A DNA stretch of 64,000 nucleotides from an uncultured Bacteroidales bacterium (GCA_905235375.1 CAJOLH010000040.1:9028-73027); one strand, 5' to 3'. Shown: positions 1 through 9,597, counted from the stretch's first letter. Notes: a model not told the origin generated them from the letters alone. A program made the numbers and translations.

Positions 1-800
1 ATGGCATCGAGGTCGATGGTGCCGAGCACGTTGAGCTGAGGCTGTTCGGGCTGGTTGAGACGGAACACTTCGCCGTTGCGCGCTTCGGCGGGCAGAGGCT
101 CGTCGTTGATGCGGTCCTTGCTGCGTTCGCCCCAAATGGACTGGTTAGGTTTCTTCTCGGCGGGAGCATTACCCTTTTTCCCATCCTTGGCCTTTGGTTC
201 GGCTTTCTTCTCGGCAGGCTTCTTGTTCTCGCCTTTCGAGTCGGCAGCCTTTGGCTTGTTCTCGCCTGCCTTCTTGTCATCGGCCTTGGCTGCGGGAGTT
301 TCCTTCTGCGGTTCTTCCTTCTTGGGCGATTCGGCAGGCTTCTTTACCTCGGTCTTTGCAGGCTCGGCCTTTGGTTCGGCTTTCTTCTCGGCAGGCTTCT
401 TAGGTCCGTCGAGGTCGATATGGCCCACAATCTTCATGGCAGCCTGCATAATCTGCTCTTCGGAAGGCATCTTGGCTGCGGGCGAAGGTGTCGTGGCAGG
501 TTCGGCCTTGGGGGCAGGTTTCTGGCGCGTTTGCGGTATGCCCTGATTGACGGCATTGATCTGGCGGGTCTCTTCCTTGATCTTATCGCGTGTCTGCATG
601 CGTTCGAGGCGTTCGCGCTCGGAAGCCTGCTTGACGGATTTGTCCTTGTTGAATTCCTTGCTTAATAATTCATATAGGTTGTCAGGGACTTGGCTCATCG
701 GCTTCCACTCCATGTTGGGGTCTCCACCCTTCTTTTCGAGAAACTCGACAAGGGTTTGGATGCCGACGTTGAAATCTTTAGCTATCTTACTTAATCTCAT
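1..800 (-). CDS. infB: Translation initiation factor IF-2, N-terminal part (partial, runs off the window)
   Basis: Not in the ORF track. Manual reverse translation from the ATG (complement of 798-800) gives MRLSKIAKDFNVGIQTLVEFLEKKGGDPNMEW... It continues into K/A/E/P-rich low complexity and stays open in every segment I translated, down to position 3. The order rimP-nusA-infB is canonical. Confidence 0.8.
   Translation of the reverse strand, partial: MRLSKIAKDFNVGIQTLVEFLEKKGGDPNMEWKPMSQVPDNLYELLSKEFNKDKSVKQASERERLERMQTRDKIKEETRQINAVNQGIPQTRQKPAPKAEPATTPSPAAKMPSEEQIMQAAMKIVGHIDLDGPKKPAEKKAEPKAEPAKTEVKKPAESPKKEEPQKETPAAKADDKKAGENKPKAADSKGENKKPAEKKAEPKAKDGKKGNAPAEKKPNQSIWGERSKDRINDEPLPAEARNGEVFRLNQPEQPQLNVLGTIDLDA
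189..401. repeat. Perfect 36-bp direct repeat (189-224 and 366-401) inside the infB low-complexity region
   Basis: ggcctttggttcggctttcttctcggcaggcttctt occurs twice, 177 bp apart and in frame. It encodes KKPAEKKAEPKA on the minus strand. Confidence 0.9.
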
Positions 801-824
801 TCACTTTTGGTTTTTAATGTTTAA

Positions 825-2201
825 CTATTCTGACTCAAGGTTGTCGGAGGACTCTGAATCTTTGGAGGACTCGGTGGTATCGGATGTCTCGGAGTCATCG
901 GAGGGTTCAGAATTTTCTGAATCTTCGGAGTCTTCGTCGTTATCGTCAACGTTTTCGCGTTCGAACTCCTTGGTGAGGATGGCACGAACGTCCTCGACGG
1001 TTTCGTCTTCGAGGTCGGCCTTATCGGCAACAAGTTTCGGGTCGGCATCAAGCACGGCTTTAGCGGTGGCCAAGCCGATACCCTTGAGGGCCTGGATGAC
1101 CCAAGGTTCGATTACATCGGAGAAGTCATCAAGGAAGATGTCGTTGCTGTCGCCTTCGCGGTAAACGTCAATCTGATACCCTGTGAGGAGGCATGCAAGC
1201 TTGATGTTGGCGCCATTCTTGCCGATGGCGAGAGAAACCTCTTCGGGGCGCATGAATACTTCGGCGGTCTTATCCTCTTCGTTGACATGAATCTGAGAGA
1301 TGGAAGCGGGAGAGAGGGCACGCTGAATGAAGAGGCTGGGGTTGGTGGTGTAGGGGATGACATCGAGGTTCTCGCCACGCAATTCGCGAACGATGCCATG
1401 GATGCGGCCGCCCTTGACACCGACGCAAGCGCCAACGGGGTCGATGCGGTCGTCGTTGGTCTCGACAGCAATCTTGGCACGTTCGCCAGGCAGGCGGACA
1501 ATCTTGACGATGCGGATGGTTCCGTCGGCTACTTCGGGAATCTCTTGCTCCATAAGGTGCTGGAGGAAGATGGGTGCGGTGCGTGAGAGGATGATCTTGG
1601 GGTTGTTGTTGTTGTTGGCAACGTCCAGTACGACGGCGCGTACCTGGTCGTTCTTGCGGAAGTTGTCGCCAGGGATTTGCTCGCTGCGAGGCAGGGAGAG
1701 CTCGTTGCCGTCCTCGTCAACCATCAGCATCTCGCGTTTCCAAATCTGATAGACCTCGGCGGTAGTGATACGTCCGATGAGGTCCTTGTACTTGTTGTAA
1801 AGCAGGTCTTTCTGCAGTTCGAGGATCTTGGCGGCCAGGGTCTGACGCAGATTGAGGATGGCGCGACGGCCGAACTTCTCGAAATGCACTTCTTCGGTGA
1901 AGTCCTCACCAATCTCAATGTCATCCACGGTCTGACGAGCCTCGCTGAGAGATACCTGAAGATTGGGGTCGGTGAGATCCTCGTCGGCTACCACCTCACG
2001 GTTCTTGTAGATTTCAAAGTCTCCCTTGTCGGGGTTGATGATGATGTCGAAGTTCTCGTCGGTTCCGAACATCTTGTTCAATACCGAACGGAATGAATCT
2101 TCGAGTACGCTGATCATTGTGGAGCGGTCAATGTTCTTAAGCTCCTTGAACTCCTGGAAGGTATCTACCATTGAGATTACTTCCTCTTTTTGTCTTGCCA
2201 T
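825..2201 (-). CDS. nusA: Transcription termination/antitermination factor NusA with an acidic Ser/Asp/Glu-rich C-terminal tail
   Basis: 458 aa starting MARQKEEVISMVDTFQEFKELKNIDRSTMISVLEDSFRSVLNKMFG. It has S1/KH-like regions (GERAKIAV, VGACVGVKGGRIHGIVRELRGENLDVI) and lies between rimP and infB. Confidence 0.95.
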   Translation of the reverse strand: MARQKEEVISMVDTFQEFKELKNIDRSTMISVLEDSFRSVLNKMFGTDENFDIIINPDKGDFEIYKNREVVADEDLTDPNLQVSLSEARQTVDDIEIGEDFTEEVHFEKFGRRAILNLRQTLAAKILELQKDLLYNKYKDLIGRITTAEVYQIWKREMLMVDEDGNELSLPRSEQIPGDNFRKNDQVRAVVLDVANNNNNPKIILSRTAPIFLQHLMEQEIPEVADGTIRIVKIVRLPGERAKIAVETNDDRIDPVGACVGVKGGRIHGIVRELRGENLDVIPYTTNPSLFIQRALSPASISQIHVNEEDKTAEVFMRPEEVSLAIGKNGANIKLACLLTGYQIDVYREGDSNDIFLDDFSDVIEPWVIQALKGIGLATAKAVLDADPKLVADKADLEDETVEDVRAILTKEFERENVDDNDEDSEDSENSEPSDDSETSDTTESSKDSESSDNLESE

Positions 2202-2242
2202 TGCTTGATTTTATGATATTAATATTATTATTTCCTGTTTCG

Positions 2243-2725
2243 TTAGAAGTTGTAGTAGATGCGGTTGACATCCTTGTGAAGGAGATGCTCATGGTGCTCG
2301 ACTTCCTGTTTCTTCTTGCTGCGCTTGCCCGTTGTGGGGTCGGTGACGTGTTCGAGGGTCGTCCAGTTGAGGTCGAACCCTTCGTCGTCGGTGGCACCGA
2401 GTATGCCGCGCAGCTTGCGACCATCGCGCAGCATCACTTCCATGGTTTCGCCTTCGAACTTGGCATATTGGCGAAGCGTGCGAAGGGGAGCGGTGAGACC
2501 TGCCGAGCCGACTTCAAGCTCGAAATCCTCCTTGTCGCGGTCGAGACGTTCGTTGATATACTGGTTGAGTGCTGCACACTCGTCGAGGCTGACCGTCTCG
2601 TCGTTGTCGAGGGTGATGACAATCTGATTGTCGCGGCTGACGGTGACGTCGATGCAGTAGGTCTCGCTTTCGCTGGCCAGAAGGAACTGATCGACCAGAT
2701 CGATGATTTCCTGTTTTTGAATCAT
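2243..2725 (-). CDS. rimP: Ribosome maturation factor RimP
   Basis: 160 aa containing LEVGSAGLTAPLR and a C-terminal Sm-like part, immediately upstream of nusA. Confidence 0.9.
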   Translation of the reverse strand: MIQKQEIIDLVDQFLLASESETYCIDVTVSRDNQIVITLDNDETVSLDECAALNQYINERLDRDKEDFELEVGSAGLTAPLRTLRQYAKFEGETMEVMLRDGRKLRGILGATDDEGFDLNWTTLEHVTDPTTGKRSKKKQEVEHHEHLLHKDVNRIYYNF

Positions 2726-2792
2726 GCGGATGATGTTGTTAAAATAGAGAAGAGGGAACCGATTTTCGGTCCTCTCTTCTTCGTTTGCGGTG

Positions 2793-2800
2793 CAAAGATA
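2793..2800 (-). promoter_or_regulatory. Candidate Bacteroidota -7 promoter box (TATCTTTG) for rimP-nusA-infB
   Basis: The complement of caaagata matches TAnnTTTG, about 68 nt upstream of the rimP ATG. Confidence 0.4.
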
Positions 2801-2903
2801 CCTATTATATTTTAAACACGCAAGAAAAAAGTGAAAAAAATTAAATTTTTATTGATTTTGTGGGGATTCCGTTATTGGACATAGCAAAATGGGGTAACCA
2901 AAC

Positions 2904-3035
2904 ATGGCTGCTACTGAGACGAGAATGGGCGGCTAAGTACGGTCGCGAAGGAGACTAAGCAGCCATAGATGGCTGCGACTGGGACACGAAGGACGGCCAA
3001 GCATGGCTACCACTGAAACAGGGGGACGGAGAAAG
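2904..3035 (+). repeat. Three direct repeats of about 33 bp, each beginning ATGGCTRCNACTGRRAC
   Basis: Copies lie at 2904-2937, 2969-3001 and 3003-3035, found by manual alignment. Confidence 0.7.
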
Positions 3036-3103
3036 GTGGGAGATGTGGGTAGTTTGGAGCGAATTACTCACTTTTGGGTATTGCCGAGGTCGTGAAAAGC
3101 AGC

Positions 3104-3111
3104 TATCTTTG
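3104..3111 (+). promoter_or_regulatory. Candidate -7 promoter box (TATCTTTG) for the porin/imelysin operon
   Basis: Matches TAnnTTTG 30 nt upstream of the ATG at 3141. Confidence 0.45.
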
Positions 3112-3140
3112 CACCCGCAAAATTGATAATATCAGCAATT

Positions 3141-4481
3141 ATGAGTAAATGGAAGGTTATTCTGCTTGCTATAACAATGGTTTTGGCAGGCAGTGAACAG
3201 AACTATGCACAGGATCAGCGGACGCTCGATTCTCTGCAGACACGTATTGCTACGCTTGAGAAGCGCACCGAGCGTGTAGAGAACTTTCATCGCCGTTTCA
3301 CGGTGGGAGGCTATGGCGAGGCCGTGATGAGTCGTATGTTCTACAGCGACAATTATAAACGTTACACGAATGCCGACCTTTACAAGGACGATGACGGCTT
3401 CGGACAGTTCGACCTACCTCATGTGGTAATCTATATGGGTTACGATTTCGGAAATGGCTGGACCATGGGCACGGAAATTGAATTCGAGCATGGTGGTGCC
3501 GAGACAGCCGTGGAGATTGAAGAAGAAGAGACCGGCGAATATGAGACGGAAACCGAACGTGGTGGCGAAGTCGCCTTGGAACAATTCTGGTTGCAAAAGA
3601 GTTGGGGCAAAGGCTTGAACTTAAGAATGGGACACATCATTGTTCCCATCGGCGGTACCAACCAGCATCACATGCCCAATGAGTTCTTCACAGTCTATCG
3701 TCCTGAGGGAGAAAACACCATCCTGCCTTGTACGTGGCACCAGACGGGCATCAGCCTTTGGGGACGCGTGAAGGATTGGCGTTATGAGATGCAGTTCCTT
3801 CCAAGCCTTGAGGCTGACCTCTTTGGCGCAAAGAACTGGGTGCATGGTGGCAGTGCCAGCCCTTACGAATTTGACATAGCCAATGGTTATGCAGGAGTGC
3901 TTCGCGTGGACAATTACAGTATTCCTGGCTTGCGCATCGGCGTGAGCGGCTATTACGGCAAGTGTGGTATCAATTCGCTGAAGGATTACAAGTACCGCGA
4001 TGCGGGTGCTGACGGAAACCTCGTGATCGGTGCCTTGGATTTCCATTATGACCGCTATCATTGGGTAGTACGTGGCAATTTCGACTACGGACACCTTTCG
4101 GATTCGGAGGCCATCACACGTCTGAACAAGACGCTTGGCAACAATTCGGTATCTCCCCAGACCTCAGTGGCCAGCGATGCCATTGCAGCAGGCGTGGAAG
4201 CCGGATATGATGTTTTGTCGCAAGTTGTAAAGGCACGTGAGGCAGGGCAGAAACTATACGTCTTTGGACGCTATGACTATTACGACTCGATGCTAAAGAC
4301 CGAGGGCAGTGTGGTGGACAATCCCTGCTGGAGCCGGCAGAAGTTCACTGTGGGCTTGAACTATCATCCTATTGACGAGATTGTCATAAAGGGCGAGTAT
4401 TCCTATCGGCTCTTCAAAAGCCAGTTCAACGACGAGCCTACACTCAGCCTGGGTATATGCTACAGTGGATTCTTCCGTTGA
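3141..4481 (+). CDS. Outer-membrane beta-barrel porin (phosphate-selective porin O/P-like)
   Basis: Signal peptide MSKWKVILLAITMVLAGSEQNYAQ, then an N-terminal coiled coil (LDSLQTRIATLEKRTERVE) and alternating aromatic/Gly beta-strand patterns ending ...GICYSGFFR. The TTG at 3123 in the track is probably not the start. Confidence 0.6.
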   Translation: MSKWKVILLAITMVLAGSEQNYAQDQRTLDSLQTRIATLEKRTERVENFHRRFTVGGYGEAVMSRMFYSDNYKRYTNADLYKDDDGFGQFDLPHVVIYMGYDFGNGWTMGTEIEFEHGGAETAVEIEEEETGEYETETERGGEVALEQFWLQKSWGKGLNLRMGHIIVPIGGTNQHHMPNEFFTVYRPEGENTILPCTWHQTGISLWGRVKDWRYEMQFLPSLEADLFGAKNWVHGGSASPYEFDIANGYAGVLRVDNYSIPGLRIGVSGYYGKCGINSLKDYKYRDAGADGNLVIGALDFHYDRYHWVVRGNFDYGHLSDSEAITRLNKTLGNNSVSPQTSVASDAIAAGVEAGYDVLSQVVKAREAGQKLYVFGRYDYYDSMLKTEGSVVDNPCWSRQKFTVGLNYHPIDEIVIKGEYSYRLFKSQFNDEPTLSLGICYSGFFR

Positions 4482-4536
4482 TGGAAGGACTCAATATTTG
4501 ACTATTTACACATTTAATAATAACTAAAACAAAATT

Positions 4537-5697
4537 ATGAAGAAAAACTTTAAGTATGCATTAATGGCTATTGCCGCCATTTGCGTGAGTGGAAGCATGG
4601 TAAGTTGTGATGACGATGATGACAACGGCTCGGCCAATGAGGTTGACAAGACTCAGCAGGCTATCATCTCGAACTATGTAAACGAAATTGTAATCCCAAC
4701 CTATAAGAGTCTGGCCGACCACGCTATTGCTTTGGCTGAAGACTGCGAGGACCTTTCGACACAGGCAAAAGTGGATAAGGCTTGTGCAGATTGGGTGGAG
4801 GCTCGTAAGTACTGGGAGCGTTCAGAAGCCTTCCTCTTCGGAGCTGCTGCCGACTATAATATTGACCCACATATCGATTCATGGCCACTCGATCTTACTC
4901 AACTTGCCGAAGTGCTTGCTGCTGGCAACATTGAATCGCGCATCGACGCAGGCACCGCAGGTTATGGTCTGTTGGGCTTCCATGCCATCGAGTATGTCCT
5001 TTTCCTTGAGGGCTCGAAAGGTGATGCTTCGAAGCGCAACCAGCCTTTGGAAAACATAACGGAGGCCATGGCATCGTTTGCTGCTGCGGTAGCCAGTGAC
5101 ATGCGTGACCAGTGCGTCCTGCTTGAAGCTGCCTGGGCAGGCATCGATCATGTTACAGCCGCCAAACGCGCTATTTTGGACGATGCCGAACTCGACCCTT
5201 CGTTCAACTATGGTGAACTGTTGACCAATGCAGGTCTTTCGGGCAACACCAAGTACAAGACACAGGCTGCAGCCTTCGAGGAGATCATCGTCGGCGCTTC
5301 GGACATTGCTAACGAGGTAGGTAACACCAAGATTTCCGACCCTATGGATTCGCATCAGTGGAGTGACGTGGAGTCGCCTCATTCGTGGAACTCGGTGACT
5401 GACTTTGTTGATAACATCGTTTCGGTACGCAACGCTTATCTGGGCACTCTTGACGGTTCACGTTCAAATGTTTCAGTTTCGGCACACGTGGCTTCGAAGA
5501 ACAACAGCATCGATGCCGATGTACAGGCCAAGATCAGTGCCGCTATTGCTGCATTGGAAGCCCTGCCACGTCCTTTCCGCAACTACATCTACGTGGATAC
5601 TGATGCTGCCTCGAAGGCAAAGATCCAGGCCGCGGTAGATGCCTGCAATGACCTGGTAGATGCTCTCGATGCCGCACAAGAGGCAGTAAATGACTAA
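4537..5697 (+). CDS. Imelysin-family (peptidase M75 / IrpA-like) lipoprotein
   Basis: Lipobox ...SGSMVSC followed by a D-rich linker. GxHxxE-type motif GFHAIEYVLF. Two-domain helical pattern typical of imelysin-like proteins. A DUF1111 gene is adjacent. Confidence 0.8.
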   Translation: MKKNFKYALMAIAAICVSGSMVSCDDDDDNGSANEVDKTQQAIISNYVNEIVIPTYKSLADHAIALAEDCEDLSTQAKVDKACADWVEARKYWERSEAFLFGAAADYNIDPHIDSWPLDLTQLAEVLAAGNIESRIDAGTAGYGLLGFHAIEYVLFLEGSKGDASKRNQPLENITEAMASFAAAVASDMRDQCVLLEAAWAGIDHVTAAKRAILDDAELDPSFNYGELLTNAGLSGNTKYKTQAAAFEEIIVGASDIANEVGNTKISDPMDSHQWSDVESPHSWNSVTDFVDNIVSVRNAYLGTLDGSRSNVSVSAHVASKNNSIDADVQAKISAAIAALEALPRPFRNYIYVDTDAASKAKIQAAVDACNDLVDALDAAQEAVND

Positions 5698-5714
5698 TCT
5701 AATCTTAACCTATT

Positions 5715-7418
5715 ATGAGAAAATTTATTCTGGTCTTGGGCGTCGCACTCTTTGCTGTGTCATTCACGGCATGTAGCGATGATGACGACAACAACGATAA
5801 TAATGGCGGCAGCATCGTCGATGATGAGTCGGTGAAAGAACAATACTATTCGGGCGGAAAACTTGGTACTGCATTTATCAGTACATCGAAAGCATTCGAG
5901 CAGCCTACGCCCGCTGTAGAGAATAGTGGCATGTTCCTTGCCTTCAATCGCGGTGAGAAGATGTTCGAGGAGATGTTTACCGCCAACACCAATGGAGGTG
6001 AACGTGAGGGCCTCGGCCCCCTCTACGTGCGTTCGTCGTGCATCCATTGCCATCCTGGTTATGGGCATGGCAAGACTCAGCCCGATGGATCATTCAACAC
6101 CGTAGATGTCGGCAATGGTTACCTGCTTGTGGTCTATAATCCCGATAACAATGCGTATGTGTCGTGGCTTGCAGGTATGCCGCAGAGCCATGCCATTGCG
6201 CCCTTCAAGGATCCGCTCGACGAAACCAAGATTACCATAAAGTGGGTAGGTTATACCGACGAGTGGGGCAATAAATTCCCTGATGGAGAGTCTTACAGCC
6301 TCGTCTATCCTGAGGTTACTCTGCCACGTGAAGCCGTCTATGTGATCAACCGAGGTTATGAGGATGCCACCACAACCAATTACGAGGTGCGTCTTGAGAA
6401 CACTATCGGTATCTATGGCACAGGCATTACCGATGCTATTCCCGATGACTCGATTACTGCACAATGGAAGCGCGAAGAGGCAGCATATCAGGCCGGCTAC
6501 TTGAAGCATTGGAATAGTGCGTGGTTCGAGAATGGCGAGTGGAAGAGTTTTTATTCGAATGCTCGCCAAGGCGACGGAACTAAGTATGTGCGTCGCTATA
6601 CGTACGCCATGTCACGTGGTCCTATTCTCGACGCAGCTGGTGCAAATGCCATCTGGAACATCACCAATGTGACACGTTCGGATCGCAGGTACCACTATCT
6701 GGACCTTAACGGTAAGATCTACGCCACCTGTGCTTCGCAGGATCCTGAGGTTCAAGCCGGCTTTGCCGACTATATCAGCAAGATTTCGAGTGCCGAGGAG
6801 CATCCCGAATGGTTCACCGATAATGTGGAGGCAAACATCTACAACTACCTCACATCGACAAACTTGCCTGTGGAAATGTCGGATGATGACTACATTAACT
6901 TCATGGTCTGGCATCGTGGTTTGGCTGTGCCTGCTGCCCGCAACATCGACAACGTCACTGTCCAGCAAGGCAAGAAACTCTTTGAGCAGATTGGCTGTGC
7001 ACAATGCCATCGACCGAGTTGGACCACTGGTTCGGACAACGTGCGAGACCCCAATAACTTCAAAGTTGTTGATTCGAAGAGCGCTAACTATGGCAAGATG
7101 CTCACCGAACTGATGCCACGCTATCCGAACCAGAAAATATGGCCCTACTCGGACTTTGTGCAGCACAAACTGATGATGAAGAACGACATCCGCACAGGAT
7201 GGTGCCGAACTACACCCCTTTGGGGACGTGGACTGCATCAGATATGCACTGGTGCGGCCACGTCGGACCGTCTGCATGATGGACGAGCGCGCAACGTGAT
7301 CGAGTCGATCATGTGGCATGGCTCAGCCGAGTCAGATGCGCGTGCCTCGGTCGAAAAGTTCCGTTCTCTTACAAAGGAGGAGCGAGACGCTGTGGTTCAA
7401 TTTATCGATGCAATTTAA
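5715..7418 (+). CDS. DUF1111-family di-heme protein (putative cytochrome c peroxidase-like / 'thiol oxidoreductase')
   Basis: Lipoprotein signal ...SFTAC plus a D/N linker. Two CxxCH motifs: CIHCH (6039-6053) and CAQCH (6996-7010). Typical partner of imelysin genes. Confidence 0.8.
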   Translation: MRKFILVLGVALFAVSFTACSDDDDNNDNNGGSIVDDESVKEQYYSGGKLGTAFISTSKAFEQPTPAVENSGMFLAFNRGEKMFEEMFTANTNGGEREGLGPLYVRSSCIHCHPGYGHGKTQPDGSFNTVDVGNGYLLVVYNPDNNAYVSWLAGMPQSHAIAPFKDPLDETKITIKWVGYTDEWGNKFPDGESYSLVYPEVTLPREAVYVINRGYEDATTTNYEVRLENTIGIYGTGITDAIPDDSITAQWKREEAAYQAGYLKHWNSAWFENGEWKSFYSNARQGDGTKYVRRYTYAMSRGPILDAAGANAIWNITNVTRSDRRYHYLDLNGKIYATCASQDPEVQAGFADYISKISSAEEHPEWFTDNVEANIYNYLTSTNLPVEMSDDDYINFMVWHRGLAVPAARNIDNVTVQQGKKLFEQIGCAQCHRPSWTTGSDNVRDPNNFKVVDSKSANYGKMLTELMPRYPNQKIWPYSDFVQHKLMMKNDIRTGWCRTTPLWGRGLHQICTGAATSDRLHDGRARNVIESIMWHGSAESDARASVEKFRSLTKEERDAVVQFIDAI

Positions 7419-7473
7419 TAATGGGTGGCTTCGGGGGACGGTCAGATCCACATAAAGCCCTTTTATTAATAAC

Positions 7474-9522
7474 ATGGGAATCCTTTCCTTCTTACTTATG
7501 GTTGCAGTCATCATCGTCATGATGGCTGCAACCTTCGTAGAACAATCAGCGGGATGTGCAACCTTCATCTACAGCTCGTGGTGGTTTGCTTCCTTTTGGA
7601 CGTTGCTTTGTGTCTGTGGCCTGCTGCATTGCTTTCGACGCAAACTCTACAAGCGCCCAGTGGTACTGCTACTTCATATTAGTTTTGTCGTGATTCTTGT
7701 CGGTGCATTTGTGACCCATGTCTTTGGCCAACAGGGAGTGGTGCATCTGCGTGTGGGACTTCCGGTAAAGGTTTTCGTTACGAATGATTCTGAGGTAAAG
7801 AAACTGCCATTTGAACTTACTTTGTCGGACTTTGAAGTTATCACTTATCCAGGCACCAACACCCCGATGGACTACAAATCGACACTTCTTGTGAAGGCAG
7901 GAACCGAAGGACGACAGGACACGGTGAGTGTGTCGATGAACAGGATCGCAGAACTCTGCAATTATCGCTTCTATCAGACAAGTTATGACGAAGATATGCA
8001 GGGTTCTGTCCTTTCAGTGAGTCACGACCCTGTTGGTATTGGTATTACATACGTGGGCTATGGCTTGCTCTTCGTTAGCATGCTGCTCCTGCTGATTCTG
8101 CCAGACGAAGGTTTTCGTCGTGCCTTACGACGCCTGACAATGATGGCTGGTTTGTTCATCCTTCCGACGGGAAGTCTTTGGGCATCCCCTCAGGCTTTGC
8201 CCCAAGATGAAGCACGCGCCTTCTGTTCACTTTATGCCTATTACAATGGCCGTATTTGTCCGATGCAGACTATTGCAAAAGACTTCACCACAAAACTATA
8301 TGGCAAGGACCATTATGGAGATCTGTCGTGTGAACAAGTCTTCACGGGTTGGGTGTTTTATCCCTCATCATGGACAAATGTACCTCGCAAGGAACGCAAG
8401 GCACGCTATAAGGATGAACAGGATGCTGTGGTCGAGATGTTTATGGCAGGAGAATTCCTGCGTATCTTTCCTACGCACAGTTTGGCAATCGATAGCTCGT
8501 TGACGTGGCTCAGTCCATCGGATTCCCATTTGTCGGAATTGCCTGATGATGAAATGTTCTTCGTTGGAAAGTCATTAAACTACGTGGAGGAGTTGGCTGT
8601 GACCCGCAATCATGATAAATATCTTGAGACGGTGGGTAAGATACGGCGCTACCAGCAGACGGTGGCGGGCGATGTATTGCCATCTGATTGTCATTTCGCA
8701 GCAGAAATGCTCTACAACAAAGCTGACTACACGCGACCGTTAGCGATGGCTTTTTCAACACTGGGCATTGTGTTGTTCCTCTTTTTTGTGATACGATTGG
8801 GCAGTGAACGACAGGTTCCCTTGTGGCTGGTTTATGCGTGCGATGTGCTGACTGTACTGGTCTTTGGTTATCTGTTACTGCTCTTTGGCCTGCGTTGGTA
8901 TGTGAGCGGACATCTTCCTTTGGCCAATGGTTATGAGACGATGCAGTTCATGGCACTGAGCCTGCTATTGTTGACACTGGTGATGCAGCGTCGTTTTTTA
9001 CTGGTGCTGCCTTTCGGTTTTTTGCTTGGAGGACTGACGCTGCTGGTGAGCATGATGGGGCAGAGTAATCCGCAGATTACGCACCTGATGCCAGTACTGC
9101 AGTCACCGCTGCTGAGCCTCCATGTTTGTGTCATTATGGTCAGTTATTCACTTTTGGCTTTCACTTTCTTGACGGGTTTGGCCGCGTTGATGTCACGACG
9201 AGAGACTTTCGAAGCACATCTGGCCGACGTGAGCCGTATGTTGCTCTTTCCGGCTCTTTTCTTTATGGCGACTGGTATATTCATCGGAGCCATCTGGGCC
9301 AATGTAAGTTGGGGACGCTATTGGGGTTGGGATCCCAAGGAGGTTTGGGCATTGATAACACTGTTGGTGTATGCTTTTGCGCTACATGGTGAAACGCTTC
9401 CAGTGTTCCGTCGGCCTCGGTTTTTCCATTTCTTCATGGTAATGGCTTTCTTGACGGTCCTGATGACGTATTTCGGCGTAAACTTTGTGCTGGGAGGAAT
9501 GCATAGTTATGCTACTTCATAA
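7474..9522 (+). CDS. ccsBA: Fused system II cytochrome c synthase CcsBA (ResB-like N-terminus plus CcsA C-terminus)
   Basis: 682 aa. The N-terminal half is ResB-like, with TM segments and a large loop. The C-terminal half carries the WWD-type motif WGRYWGWDPKEVWALITLLVY and conserved His residues. Confidence 0.8.
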   Translation: MGILSFLLMVAVIIVMMAATFVEQSAGCATFIYSSWWFASFWTLLCVCGLLHCFRRKLYKRPVVLLLHISFVVILVGAFVTHVFGQQGVVHLRVGLPVKVFVTNDSEVKKLPFELTLSDFEVITYPGTNTPMDYKSTLLVKAGTEGRQDTVSVSMNRIAELCNYRFYQTSYDEDMQGSVLSVSHDPVGIGITYVGYGLLFVSMLLLLILPDEGFRRALRRLTMMAGLFILPTGSLWASPQALPQDEARAFCSLYAYYNGRICPMQTIAKDFTTKLYGKDHYGDLSCEQVFTGWVFYPSSWTNVPRKERKARYKDEQDAVVEMFMAGEFLRIFPTHSLAIDSSLTWLSPSDSHLSELPDDEMFFVGKSLNYVEELAVTRNHDKYLETVGKIRRYQQTVAGDVLPSDCHFAAEMLYNKADYTRPLAMAFSTLGIVLFLFFVIRLGSERQVPLWLVYACDVLTVLVFGYLLLLFGLRWYVSGHLPLANGYETMQFMALSLLLLTLVMQRRFLLVLPFGFLLGGLTLLVSMMGQSNPQITHLMPVLQSPLLSLHVCVIMVSYSLLAFTFLTGLAALMSRRETFEAHLADVSRMLLFPALFFMATGIFIGAIWANVSWGRYWGWDPKEVWALITLLVYAFALHGETLPVFRRPRFFHFFMVMAFLTVLMTYFGVNFVLGGMHSYATS

Positions 9523-9529
9523 CGTAAAG

Positions 9530-9569
9530 AATTAACAATTAACAAATAATAATTAACAATTATAATATT
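9530..9569. repeat. AT-rich heptamer array (AATTGTT family, read on the minus strand)
   Basis: attaacaattaacaaataataattaacaattataatattg lies directly after the ccsBA stop. Confidence 0.8.
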
Positions 9570-9597
9570 GCGACCTCGGGGAATGTCCTGAGGTCGC
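9570..9597. terminator. Stem-loop between convergent ccsBA and ccsA (candidate bidirectional terminator)
   Basis: GCGACCTC (9570-9577) pairs perfectly with GAGGTCGC (9590-9597) across a 12-nt loop, in the convergent spacer. Confidence 0.5.

Noticed and set aside
55-1164. Several plus-strand ORFs (163, 69, 81 and 205 aa) at the left edge.
   Set aside because: They lie antisense to infB and to the nusA 3' end. Their low-complexity S/F/A-rich translations mirror the IF-2 K/A/E/P region.
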